64,000 bases of DNA from Botryllus schlosseri. Lineage: Eukaryota. The stretch covers positions 17,670,001-17,734,000 of the forward strand of contig CM119386.1 in assembly GCA_051294905.1 (NCBI GenBank). The letters run 5' to 3'. The position numbers and the translations under genes are program-made. Of the stretch, positions 1 through 11,600 are shown piece by piece. Each line of letters opens with the position of its first letter. Within the stretch, counting starts at the first letter, position 1. The notes beneath the pieces were generated by a model. The model did no database searches. It saw nothing but the letters and a program-made list of their open reading frames with translations, and was not told the DNA's origin.

Positions 1-129
1 TTCAACCACCTTTGTTTTATGGCGTAACAATAGACTAATACGATGTAGGCTACTATTATATTATAGATGGAATGTAAACGTTTACATTCTATAATTATAT
101 CGTAGCAATGCCGCATTTTTGTCTTTTCT

Positions 130-643
130 AGACTTGCTACCGATATTATCCCATTAATAAGTTATACAGCGGTAGCCAACACCCCAATCGCACGATTTTT
201 TTTATGATACAATAAACATATAAAGTCAAGATTGATTGGTTGAATAAGCATCATTCGCTGACTACATGTAGTGTATTTCGCTCGTGACGTTGTGTGATTG
301 CGAGTCGAGCTCTTAGCAGAGATTAGCTAAATATTCACAAACGGAAATCTGGATATTTTGAGCGAACTTTTGTAGCAAAGCAAATAAAATTTTTGAGATT
401 GTCAAGGTGCATATTCGTTTTGTGTTGATTTTTCCTGCTGTCAGCGGCATGTACAGAGTGGCCCGCAGTTGAAATGCAATAAATTTGTACTGAAGATGTC
501 ATAATGAAGTGAAAATTGAAAATATATATGAAAAAGGTTCAGAGTGTAGAACCTATCAAGGTTCTGTTGTGAACGTGAACCTCTGAATTTCCGAGGTTCA
601 CACACAGAACGCGAACGTGAACCTCACGTTCACACCATCCCTA
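130..643 (+). mobile_element. Right part of hAT-type MITE, same family as 35846-36841
   Basis: Ends in the TIR ...CACACCATCCCTA at 643. Positions ~130-643 align by eye with 36280-36841. The left end is not identified and may lie outside the window. Confidence 0.75.
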
Positions 644-2195
644 GTCGGCAGCAAAGTGGGCGCATGGAAAACGAACGAGACCGATGATGAAAGAGAGCGA
701 GAGTGGAAGTCGTCCGAAACATTACAAAGACAAAGGACTGATTGTGTCAGTGTCTTGGCCTCTCAAAAACACGATTATGCTGCAACGAGAATAATTATTC
801 GGGCCCCATTTCAAAATCCTGAAATTTAGGTTGCTGTCGGACCGGAGACTAACACCACCGGCAAATTTTATCTACCCGTCATCGCGCGCCTCTAAATTGA
901 TACCTTGATTGATACCTTGACATCGCGACGCTTGTAGGACAATGCAGTTTTCAAATACACATTGTCTTCCTGATCTACGCGGATAAATAAACTTTCTTGG
1001 AAGTGACATTAACAATTACAAATTCAAATATAAAACAAGGCCATAGCTATCCAAGTTCTTGATTGGTAATGTAAGTATAGCTTTCTAGGACCGCCGTAAA
1101 ATGTAGGTGTGTAGCGTTATGTTACGCCGAATACTTTAGAAGTCGATCAATATTTAGATTTTCAGAATAAGCGTGACAATTTCATTTGAATAATATCAGT
1201 GATGAGGAATTCTAAGGTATTTACGATGAATTGCGCTATCACAGGTGCGGCTTGGCCCGTCTGTGCCTCATCTGTGCGTTAACTCTCCTTTCTCGCTTCA
1301 TTTTCGAACAATAAATATGAAAATTCCGCAATTTTCTTGAATAGAAATGTTTATTATCTAATCATTCATGAACATCGATAAAAATGCCAATGAATAATTA
1401 ATCATTGAAAGTTTCGCAATTCTCCCTCGCTCATCCCCACCGACACGTGAGGGCTGAGGCACTGCCTCACTTTCCTCTCCTAACCCCACTTCACTGACGT
1501 ATCATCACCCTGCAGTGGCTGTGTACTGCTGTGCTGCTGTAGTTTGGCTCCATCTACGCATGTCGCATGTGGGCAGATAAATATGGCACACATTACGAAT
1601 CCCATATATTTGTGCTAGCAAAACGTCATGAATTTTCAATTGTGACGTAACAGTCGATTGACATGTATGGCTCTTTGGGAGTTACAACTGGAAATATTGG
1701 GTCAATATGGCTCTTTGGGTTCCCGACCACTGCTATAGGCGATAAGGGCCACTGTGTATGTGTGAATAAAACAAACAAATTCATGTTAAACTGATCATGT
1801 CCAGTTCCGTTGAACTCCAGACTAATCTACTTTCTCATATCGACTTACTATACACACCGAAATCACGAGTAGCCGTGTTTTGAATAATGACCGGGAAACG
1901 GGTCGCGCGAAGCGAAAAAATATTTTCGGATTCACAAATGAATTCCGTCATTATTATTATTATATTCATATATCGCAATCAAATATTTATCCTTTATCAG
2001 CCCATGTGATCAGATTCACTGGTGGAGTTGATGGAAGCAGTGTCTTCGGAAATTGAGGGGAGCAAGTTGCACATGATGATGCATCTTCGGGTGGACCAAT
2101 TGTTATTAGTCACTTTGTAGCGTGTTATTATTTCTTGACATCAGGATTGTCGGTAGGCATAGGCAATAGCGGAAATATATTGGAATCGCCTGAAC

Positions 2196-2991
2196 CAGTG
2201 GTTCCCAACCTTTTGGAGGTCGGGACCGCATTTCAAACATCAGAGTACGAATGGAGTCGCATGAAAACACTCGAGTCGGGGCCCACGATATTGTAGGCCC
2301 CGCTCGAGTATAGGCTACTTCTAACGAAAATTTAAAGGTAGCTAGCCAACCTCTGCTCTCAACATCCAAAATTCGAAATTCAAAATTCAAAATTCAAAAT
2401 GATGCACATATTGCACATGGACTTCTATGGATTCTATATCGGTTATTATAGCATTGATACAAGCAAATTGGAGAGTACTATTGTGTCGTGATATGATAGC
2501 TCTTCAGTCTTCATATATTCCTGCACTTTATGCACAAGTTTGCGGGGAATTATAGGCTGAGTAATGTTGGAATTATTGCCCTTTATACTTGTCTATGAGC
2601 CATTATTTTGATGTTAGTAAAACAGTGTCGAAATTTACTCTTCACAGAGACGATAGGCCAAAGGTCTATGACCACTTGACCACTCTGACCAGCAAAACCA
2701 AAGATACATTCTTGTCTGACGGGTTACTATTCATCCATGCGTTTGGCGCCAGTCTGCAAGAATTCTCTTTCCCGGTTTTCAGAAGCGGCCTTGGACGGCT
2801 TTAAACATAGCTAATATCCCTCATTTTAGCATTCATATACAGAAATTGCCCATAGCTATTCAAGGAAACAAACAACAACTATCGTCAATTAGCCTATCTT
2901 TTTTTTGCATATATTTAGAGGTCAATCAGAGCCGCAAGAAGGCTACCTTGGAGCCGCATGTGGCTCTGAGACACGTGGTTGGAAATCACTG
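2196..2991. mobile_element. hAT-type MITE
   Basis: Imperfect TIRs CAGTGGTTCCCAACC / GGTTGGAAATCACTG. Flanks GCCTGAAC / GCCGAAAC give only a degenerate 8-bp TSD. Confidence 0.55.
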
Positions 2992-3300
2992 GCCGAAACA
3001 TACCAGAAACAAATTTATTTCGTAAGGAGACACGCTATTCCAAGTTTGGTATTTCTATATGGGGCGCATCATTTTTATCTGCAGTTCGCGTCTGTACTGT
3101 GGGGGTCAGATTGCAAAGGGCGCTACCATGAAGTATAGCATTGAATCGCGCACAGCGCGAAGAAAATTTCAAGATTATTTAAAATTTAATTATTCAGAAA
3201 TTCAATTTGCCTGTTAACGGCCGCCAACACATACTAATTAAATTTCGTGCCACGGCCGCACAAATTTCCTTCTACGGCCGCAGGTTGCCCACCCCTGATA

Positions 3301-4270
3301 CAGTGTTGGGATGTCTCGAGTCATGACTTGACTCGAGTCAGACTCGAGTCACCTTTTACGCATGACTTGACTTGAGTCACTTTGTTAGAATGACTTGACT
3401 TGACTTGACGTATCAGAAATGGAGATTGACTCGTGACTGGAACCAAAATTCACGAGTCAATTTCAAGTCATCAAAGATCGGTTTCGATAAAAATCACTGG
3501 AAAACTTCCATATGTTCGCATTGTTCGCGAAACTCTGGTGTAACCCGTGAAATCGACCAATCATTCAATGATCGTGTGTTTTTTACTGATTCCCCATTGT
3601 TCTCTCACAAATAGATTGACCGCAAACGAAGTGATCGAAGCTTACAGCTTACGTTGGTTGTCGTAAACTAGTAGTAAAGTAATTTAATAGCAAAATATCT
3701 ATTTCTGTTCTCTGTTCTCACCTTAGCCGAACCTCTTGCTTTATTGAAATTGAATTCGAATATACTTTATAATATACTCCCCAACCATCGGCCCAGGCTC
3801 GAAGCATGTTAATATGTGAACGGGTAATGTATTGCATCATATCAATTCGTTTCTCTATTTTGGCGTGTAACAATAAGCTGAGGCAATGCAATTAGTTACG
3901 TAGTTGTACATTTCTACGTGTATGTGAGCAATGCAGCACCTTCTTGCGTGTATATTTAACTCTATATTCGTTCATCGGTTCAGAATCAATGACCACTCGA
4001 TCTGTATTTCAGACAGCTAGCAAAATGCAATGACGTATTCATGTCTCATACTTCAAAACGGCAACTTGACTTGAATTGTGACTTGACTCGTGACTTGACC
4101 TGACTTGACTCGACTTGACTCGACTTGACTCGAGTCACCTCCAAAATCCAGTGACTTGACTTGACTCGAGTCACCTTCGAAAATCAATTGACTTGACTTG
4201 ACTCGAGTCAAAATGTGCAATGACTCGAAATGACTCGTGACTCGAAGGTAGTGACTTGATCTCAACACTG
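3301..4270. mobile_element. hAT MITE with GACTT/GACTC pentamer subterminal repeats
   Basis: TIRs CAGTGTTGGGA / TCTCAACACTG and 8-bp TSD CCCTGATA / CCCTGTTA (7/8). It sits on the terminus (GGTTGCCCACCCCTG, ending at 3297) of an older hAT. Confidence 0.85.
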
Positions 4271-4486
4271 CCCTGTTATAGGCCTACCTTAAGAAATTGA
4301 TTGCTGAAGCATGGGTACAGTGCAGGGGAGTAATGATACTGTCGAAGTTTCCCTACATTAGTGTTTCCATACGTCTTCATTTAGGAGGATTTGTCCTCCT
4401 TTTTCAAGAAATCGAAAATGTCATGCGAGAACGCCCAAATGTCCTCCTCTACTTGAACTCCAACCCCAACTCCAACTCCAACTCTA

Positions 4487-5767
4487 CTTGAAAGCTACCT
4501 GGCAAATCGCAAACAATTTGTTAAACTGGGGACATTAAGATCGACTACCAGAGATATAACTTGTGGAGTCCCACAAGGCTCAGTCCTTGGACCGACTTTT
4601 TTCCTCATTTACATTAACGACATTGTTAATGCATCTTTATTCCGCACAACCCTATTTGCTGATGATACTCACCTCTTCACAACCTCCAACACTGTCAATG
4701 ATTTGCATGCATCCGTGAATAGGGAACTCCCAAAAGTGTCGAGATGGCTGCAAGCAAACAAACTAATAAGCTTGAATGCAGATAAGACCGAGATGCTCCT
4801 TTTAAATAATGCCAATCATAGTTTCACTGTGAACATCAATCATAAACAAATCTCCATATGTGACTCAGCAAAATATCTCGGTGTCACTATTGATGCTAAA
4901 ATGTCTTGGAAGTAGCATATTGAATGCACAATATCAAAACTAGCTCGGTGTGTGGGAATAATGACCCGTCTGCAATCTTTGGTTTCCAGATCAATACTAC
5001 GAACCATATATTTTTCTCTTTTCCACTCTCACCTGCAATATGGAATCGTAGTATGGGGAAGTGCATGCAAAACATTTTTGTGCAGAATTCGAACCCTGCA
5101 AAACCGTGCGATACGGCTGATCTCATCTGTACCTTTACGTACCAAACTATCGACTTACTACCGTAAGCACCGAATTTTGCAAGTTGACGACCTATATCGC
5201 TTCGAAGTATCAAAAGTCATTCACAAATATTTTTCCAATAGTTTGCCTCCTGTGTTTGATGACTTTTTCATGCCTGCTAAAAATGTCCACTCCCATTACA
5301 CGAGATCCTCGTCTAAAGGAAATATCTACTTACCCCCACCCAATAGCAACTTAACTAAGAGGTCCATCGACTACTTGGGACCTATCATCTGGAATGCATT
5401 ACCACCACATATCCGTGAATTGCCCTATAATAGATTCAAAAAAGCCCTACTTGATCACCTCTTATCGTTACACTAACACTGTTGCCCTACCTCGCCCAGA
5501 CATTGCTTAATTGATCATTTGCTACCATCGTTTAATTTTTCTTCTATTTTATTTTTTTAACTACGGTAACTTTTTTTACAGCCAGACTGTTTAGAGTCAA
5601 GTGTACCTGTTTGATGCTGGTGTGATCAGACTAGATGACCCTCACGGTCTTATCGATCATTCCTATCTAATACCGAATACTGTGCATGCATATTTTCTGT
5701 ACCACCACCACTGCCGTGTGTTATGTATTTTGGTTTGATGAAAAATAAAGACTCTCTCTCTCTCTCT
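4487..5767 (+). mobile_element. 5'-truncated non-LTR retrotransposon (CR1/L2 group), decayed RT ORF2 3' end
   Basis: One frame reads SYLANRKQFV...CGVPQGSVLGPTFFLIYINDI...LFADDT, continuing to the stop at 5476 with one in-frame TAG at 4913-4915. The 3' UTR ends in AATAAA plus a (CT)n tail. Confidence 0.9.
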
Positions 5768-6643
5768 TTCGACAATCCGTCCTACTTTATAGTTTCGACA
5801 GGCGCTACTAAAAACGCCATAAATGGCGCGAAAACCAGATTTCGACGGCAAGGATGACAAAAAAGTGACGTTAGAGCCGGTCTGTCGGAAGTCGATTGTT
5901 AACCCTTTTAATGGGGGGGGGGGGTCACTGGTGACCCAAGTACAAGTTCATCTCTCAATTTCTCCAAAAGTATATGTCGTAGCGGGCTGCTTTTGGTTTC
6001 TATGGAAAGTCAGCTATCCTCTGAATAATATGATACCTAATTTCAAGGTATAAGGCATGAAAATTTTCTAGTACCGACAATCATACATGAGAAATTCGTT
6101 CGAAAATACGCATGCCGAAAAAAGTGGCTATTTTCCGAGTGGGAAATTTAGTCATATATTCTGCCAGAACAGCAGAAGTCGACTTGTACGGTATTCTGCG
6201 TAATTTTTCACCGTTTCGAACATCAAACCTTGTTCTGGGGAGTTTACTGATAGGGTTTGGTGATTATGGTCACGCTTCGGTGATTTTCGAGAACATAGTC
6301 AAATTTAAGTCCAAGTTCGTGACGGAATATGAGTCATAAACTGGTATACTATGCCTGCAAATGGTTGGATATGACAAGAGAAAGTATACCATGTTGTTTC
6401 ATGCCATTAACTGGGCGGTAGAGGTTCGATTCGATATTGATCTTGAACTTGACCATTATGACCACTCACTGACCACGCCCATATGTAAATTTTTCATGTA
6501 TTTTGACTTCTCGATATCTGGCAAGCCCACTGAGCTATATAAACAAGCAAGCAAGCCTCGCGGTTTACGGCTACGGTTGACGGCTTGTTCGAAACCAGGC
6601 AACGGTGGCTACGCACTGATGCATGATTTTTGACTCTCTGACC

Positions 6644-7698
6644 GGTTGCCAGTAAACTCGCCCCAAAGTAAATTCGGCCCAGGCAAATTCGGCCATTACA
6701 TCAGTAAATTCGGCCCACCGAGAATATTGTATTAAAACGTATTACCAACCGTTAACATGAATTAATTACATAATTATACTATTATTAAGTGATTTGGATG
6801 TCAGGGTATGCGTAGATCGCGTAATCACGGGAGATAGCGCGGATATTCACGGGGACCGAATTTACCGACGGCCGAATTCACCGGTCAATTCACTGGTTAC
6901 TCGGTCAATTCTGCCCTCGGAGAATTTTTTATAAAAATGTATTACCAACTATTAATGTGAATTAATTTCATAATTATATTATTATCAAGTGATTTGGAGA
7001 ACAGGGTATGCGTATAAATATATATATGTATATATATATGCCGATGTTTACGGGGCCGAATTTACCGGCAGCCGAATTCAATCGGTATATTCGGCCCTCG
7101 GAGAACATTGTGTGAAATTTTATTACGAACTAATAATGTGTATTATAATACATAATTTTAATATTATCTAACCTGAACCCTAACATTAATCCTAACCCTA
7201 ATTCTAGCCTAATCCTAAACCTAACCTAACCCTAATCCTAACCTAACCCTAATCCTAACCCTAACACTAATCCTAACCCTAACGCTAATCCTAACCCTAA
7301 CGCTAATCGTAACCCTAAACCTACTAATAACTACTAACTAATAATGTGTAGTATATTACATAATTATAATATTATCAAGTGATTTGGAGGTTAGGGGTTA
7401 GGTTTAGGGTAAGGATTAGCGTTAGGGTTAGGATTAGGGTTAGGGTTAGGATTAGGTTAGGATTACGGTTAGGATTAGGGTTAGGTTAGGGTTAGGGTTA
7501 GGTTAGGTTAGGATTAGGGTTAGGATTAGGGTTAGGGTTCAGGTTAGATAATGGTATTGTAACTGTTGTTGTTACTCTGGCCCTGGCCGAATTTACCGAG
7601 GGCCGAATTTACCGAGGGCCGAATTCACCGACGGCCGAAGTGACCGAGGGCCGAATTCGACGGGCCGAATTTACTTTGGGGCGAGTTTACTGGCAACC
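6644..7698. mobile_element. Foldback-like MITE (GG-ended TIR, possibly Merlin-type) with telomere-like arrays
   Basis: 37-bp perfect TIR GGTTGCCAGTAAACTCGCCCCAAAGTAAATTCGGCCC and 8-bp TSD CTCTGACC. Repeated AATTCGGCC motifs and internal ~170-bp subrepeats. The superfamily call is inference. Confidence 0.85.
7165..7550. repeat. Inverted pair of degenerate telomere-like arrays: (CCCTAA/CCTAA)n - spacer - (TTAGGG/TTAGG)n
   Basis: C-rich array ~7165-7320 and G-rich array ~7390-7550. The outer edges TATCTAACCTGAACCCTAAC / GTTAGGGTTCAGGTTAGATA are perfect inverted repeats. Confidence 0.9.
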
Positions 7699-7705
7699 CT
7701 CTGAC

Positions 7706-8188
7706 CATAGCAATTTACAGCGCAGAGATGAGCATGGATTAGGATTAGGTTTTGAAAAAACAGGATTTGTGAAATTTTGTCGGATTTGGATTGGATTTGG
7801 ATTAGCCATTTTTTTCAGAACGGATTAGGATTTGGATTGGATTTACCTATTTTCTGGGAGATTAAAATGTCAGGTGACGAATGGCGACAACCTTTATTCA
7901 GATCAGTTATTAATGTACTTATGGTTACTAAGTTATCTTGAATAAAGTGAATCGTTGGTGGTGAAAGAAAATTTTCGAATCCCTCCATTGCATAAATTAG
8001 TATTTTTTCTGAATTTCCAGTTGGAATCGGATTAGGATTGGACATGGACTTGAATATGAAAAAGTTATGGATTAGGATATGGATTTGGATTTGAAGGTTC
8101 GGATTTGGATTGGATTAGGACATAGAAATTTCAAATCCGCTCATCTCTGTTACAGCGTAGCTACGTAGCTACGCTGTAAATTGCTATG
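7706..8188. mobile_element. 48-bp perfect palindromic mini-element, split by a hAT MITE
   Basis: Removing 7723-8157 restores CATAGCAATTTACAGCGTAGCTACGTAGCTACGCTGTAAATTGCTATG. It is flanked by a 7-bp direct repeat CTCTGAC (7699-7705, 8189-8195). Confidence 0.8.
7723..8149. mobile_element. hAT MITE with GGATT subterminal repeats
   Basis: TIRs CAGAGATGAGC / GCTCATCTCTG and perfect 8-bp TSD TTACAGCG. Confidence 0.9.
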
Positions 8189-8650
8189 CTCTGACGCTAT
8201 CCTGGGGGTCAATCTTGAATAATTAAAGAGAGAAACTGATTTTACAGAAAAAAAGTTTATTTATTTAGTCTTATAAAAAACCTAAACATGTCATGGGGTG
8301 TCGATCGAGGCCTGAAACGGTAGAAGGCTATACTCCGCCCACTTCTAAACTGGAACAGCTCGGAATCAAGACTTGGTGGGGCCACGGTATGAATTTGAAA
8401 AGTGATGGTCAGTTCTGCAAAATTTGACCCCCCATTAAAAGGGTTAAAAAGGATCATCTGAATATTATACGTGATGCGACATCGCGAGACCATTTGCGGA
8501 TGTAAGAACTTCCGTAAGGTGATGTAAATGATTTCTGTAGTGGGGAATTCCCCTCCAAACAACGCGTGTTTCTGGTTGTTTACTTGTTTTGCTGCTTTCA
8601 TCGGTCATAGTTTACTGTTTAGTAAAAAAACTTAGCTGTTAGGTGCAGAG

Positions 8651-11600
8651 ATGTCAACGTCACAGGTACAATTCAGACTCCCTGCAAAATATTCGGTGCT
8701 TCCGACCAAACAAGACGCGTCGATTCACCTCGTAACGCCTGGCGACGTCGTTACTGACGACACCGATTACATGCGAGGCCATGGTAAGTGAAATGAAGCT
8801 TTGCGTACAAATTCTAAATTTCGCTACTCTCACACTTCTCAGGTACGTATATGGAAGAAGACAAGCTGCGTGCCTGTGTAGCGGGCGTTGTCGAAAGAAT
8901 CAATAAGCTAATTAGTGTGAAACCTTTGAAGTTACGATATAACGGCGAAGTGGGTGATATTGTTGTTGGTAGGATCAAAGAAGTGCAACAAAAACGTTGG
9001 AAGGTACGTTAGTACATCTACCACTTCTAAGGGGGTCAGTAACGAAGTACTTTCTTCATTTTTTGAGTACTCTACGTGCTCTAGTTATTCAAGTGCTTAT
9101 GTTTCATCATATACCGTACTCAAACAGTTTTTTTAAGAGAACCGAAAAATATTCTTGTTCATTTCAATATGAATAGTATTCAATTGTATATTGAAATTCT
9201 GTACTTCCAAGAAGCAGTTCAGTTTTTTTTAAGGTAAAACTACTTACTTACCGGTATTGCACTTTGGATTTTAGAAAGTAGAAAGATATTTTGTGGTAAT
9301 TTTAGTCATTTCTGTTTGTGAAATTATCGAATATATACATGGAATGGCAACAACCGATTTTTCTGCTTCGTTTCACTTCGCTGAGGCGGGACACTGAATT
9401 GATTTACGGCAGCGACTGTCAGGAAGCTATCATCCAGCCAGAGCGCAGAATTTACCGAATCTGGTCTTGATCGAAAGCTATCAAAGAAATTAATTGAAAT
9501 ATGAGCAGGCACTGGAACCACTCTGAATTCGGCCTCCGATCTGCAAAATCGGTCGTTGTCATTCCACGTTAACAGTAGATACTGAAATCTTCCGAGTAAC
9601 TGTGTGTAATAACTATCACAATATTTGCTGAATATATTTGTGAAGATTGTACCTATTTGTTGTAGAGCTTCTTGGAGGTACAGAACTTCAATATACAATT
9701 AAATAGTATATTCATATTGAAAGGAACCCGAATATTTTCGGCTGACACTCGTCAGGGGTAATCGTCAGCAACTAGTAGAGAATTGGAAAGAACATTGTAT
9801 ATCAACAATCATATCACAAAATATGACGTCACCAGCATGAAATTTCGAATGAGAGAGCGTTCAATGTACTGACGGTTCATTTCAATATGAATATACTATT
9901 TAACTATTTGTTGTAGTAGAGATTTTACATTAGTCGCGAACATGCATCTTTGAATTTCAAAAGTAAAAAGCTTCCTACGAACTACCAAAGGTGTGCAATC
10001 CCTCAATTAAATGTAATTTCCTAAACTACTTATTTGAGTACTCGTCAAACCTTTCCCTTTCTACTTGCACTCAAACTAGTTTTGACACGCCTTTCAAATT
10101 GATACTTCTATTTGTGATTGAGTGTAAATTTACAGTGTTACCTCCACTGCTACTTGAGTAGTAACACTGGTCACTTTGACCACCTTTGTCCTACTGCTAG
10201 TACTTATATCTTTTATACGTTCACACAAATACAGTCTAGCAAATGAAATGGGTCAGTTACTGAGACCTGTTGCTGTTTTCCAAAGGTGGACACAAATTCC
10301 CGAGTGGACTCCATTCTACACTTGTCGTATGTTAATCTACCTGGCGGTGAGCTTCGCCGAAGATCTGCAGCCGACCAGCTTAATATGCGAGAGTACCTCA
10401 AGGAGGGTGACCTCATCAGTGCTGAAGTTCAACAGGTGGGCTTATCTATTTGCTGACTAGCAGGTAGCACAAAGACTAAGATGCGATAGTCACTTGAAGA
10501 GTGTGTTACAGTTTATATAATTTCACTGCTTTCATATGATTATGATATTGCACTGATTTGGTCATTAGTGTAGGGTGGAATAAGCGGCTGTATAGTTGTA
10601 AAGAGGTTGTGGTTTTAATTCCTGATTCTATGTTACTGCTGACTGAATGCATGATTCTGTAAGATAGATAATGCACAGTGACGGTGTCCTGTGACAAATG
10701 TAGGCCACTGTTACCTTTGAATCCCAATTTAAGAGTCTATGTCATATTTTACATCGCATCTAGCCTGACACAGTGTTCATAATATTTTAAACACTTCTCA
10801 CGCATTTATATGTAGGGCTGGGCAAAATCGAGTACCTGAGTGATTCGATTCTGAATCACGTAATATGCTTCGAGTCGAGTCGAGTAATCGAGTATCACTC
10901 ATTATGACGTCATAGCAGAACGTGATATGTTAAAGTTCAAATATGTACCATTTATGCCACCACAAAGAATAATATGCCTGTTATCCATCATATTAAAGAT
11001 ACTTTGGTATTTTTTCGACCATACCGATTTTATTGGACTTGGTGACAATGTTGTGGGACGATCATGACTTCGAAAATGTGCTAGTTCCAGTGACGTTCGT
11101 AGCTTTGTACTCTATGTTTCGTATGCTACGATACGGCCAATCAAGGTTTCAAGGCTTCAATAGTGAAATTACTGTCGAAACTATTATTCTCGTTGAAAAA
11201 TTAACTTCCAGTGCCGAGGAGCGTAAAATTTCAATACTCGAAAAAATCGTCTTTTACTACTCGACTCGAATCATTACAATTAATACTCGATTCAGATTCG
11301 AGTACTCGAATCATAGTGCCCAGCCCTATTTATATGTTGCATAAAAGTACACTCCCGTGTAGGTACACTGCCGAGTCAAGTTTGAGTGCACTGGGGTTTA
11401 AAGTATTTTTGTTTTCATACAGTAGGCCTATTACTGCTGTCATTTTATCCTCGTAACTCCTGATATCGGAAAGTATCCAACTATTTGATCAGTACGGTAA
11501 GGGAACCTATTTCCATTTTAAGGTGCACAATGACGGATCACTTTCCTTGCACACGCGAAGCTTGAGATACGGGAAACTTGGTCAAGGTTGCCTAGTCGTG

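Larger units (their letters stand above)
5903..8443. mobile_element. Non-autonomous piggyBac-type element hosting three nested insertions
   Basis: TTAA at 5899-5902 and 8444-8447. TIRs CCCTTTTAATGGGGGG / CCCCCCATTAAAAGGG. Confidence 0.85.

Noticed and set aside
3301-4270. CRISPR-like or regulatory repeat array
   Set aside because: These are short GACTT/GACTC subterminal repeats of a eukaryotic MITE with no repeat-spacer structure.
7165-7550. Telomere fusion site or true chromosome end
   Set aside because: The polarity is opposite to a fusion, the repeats are degenerate, and they lie inside a TSD-flanked element.
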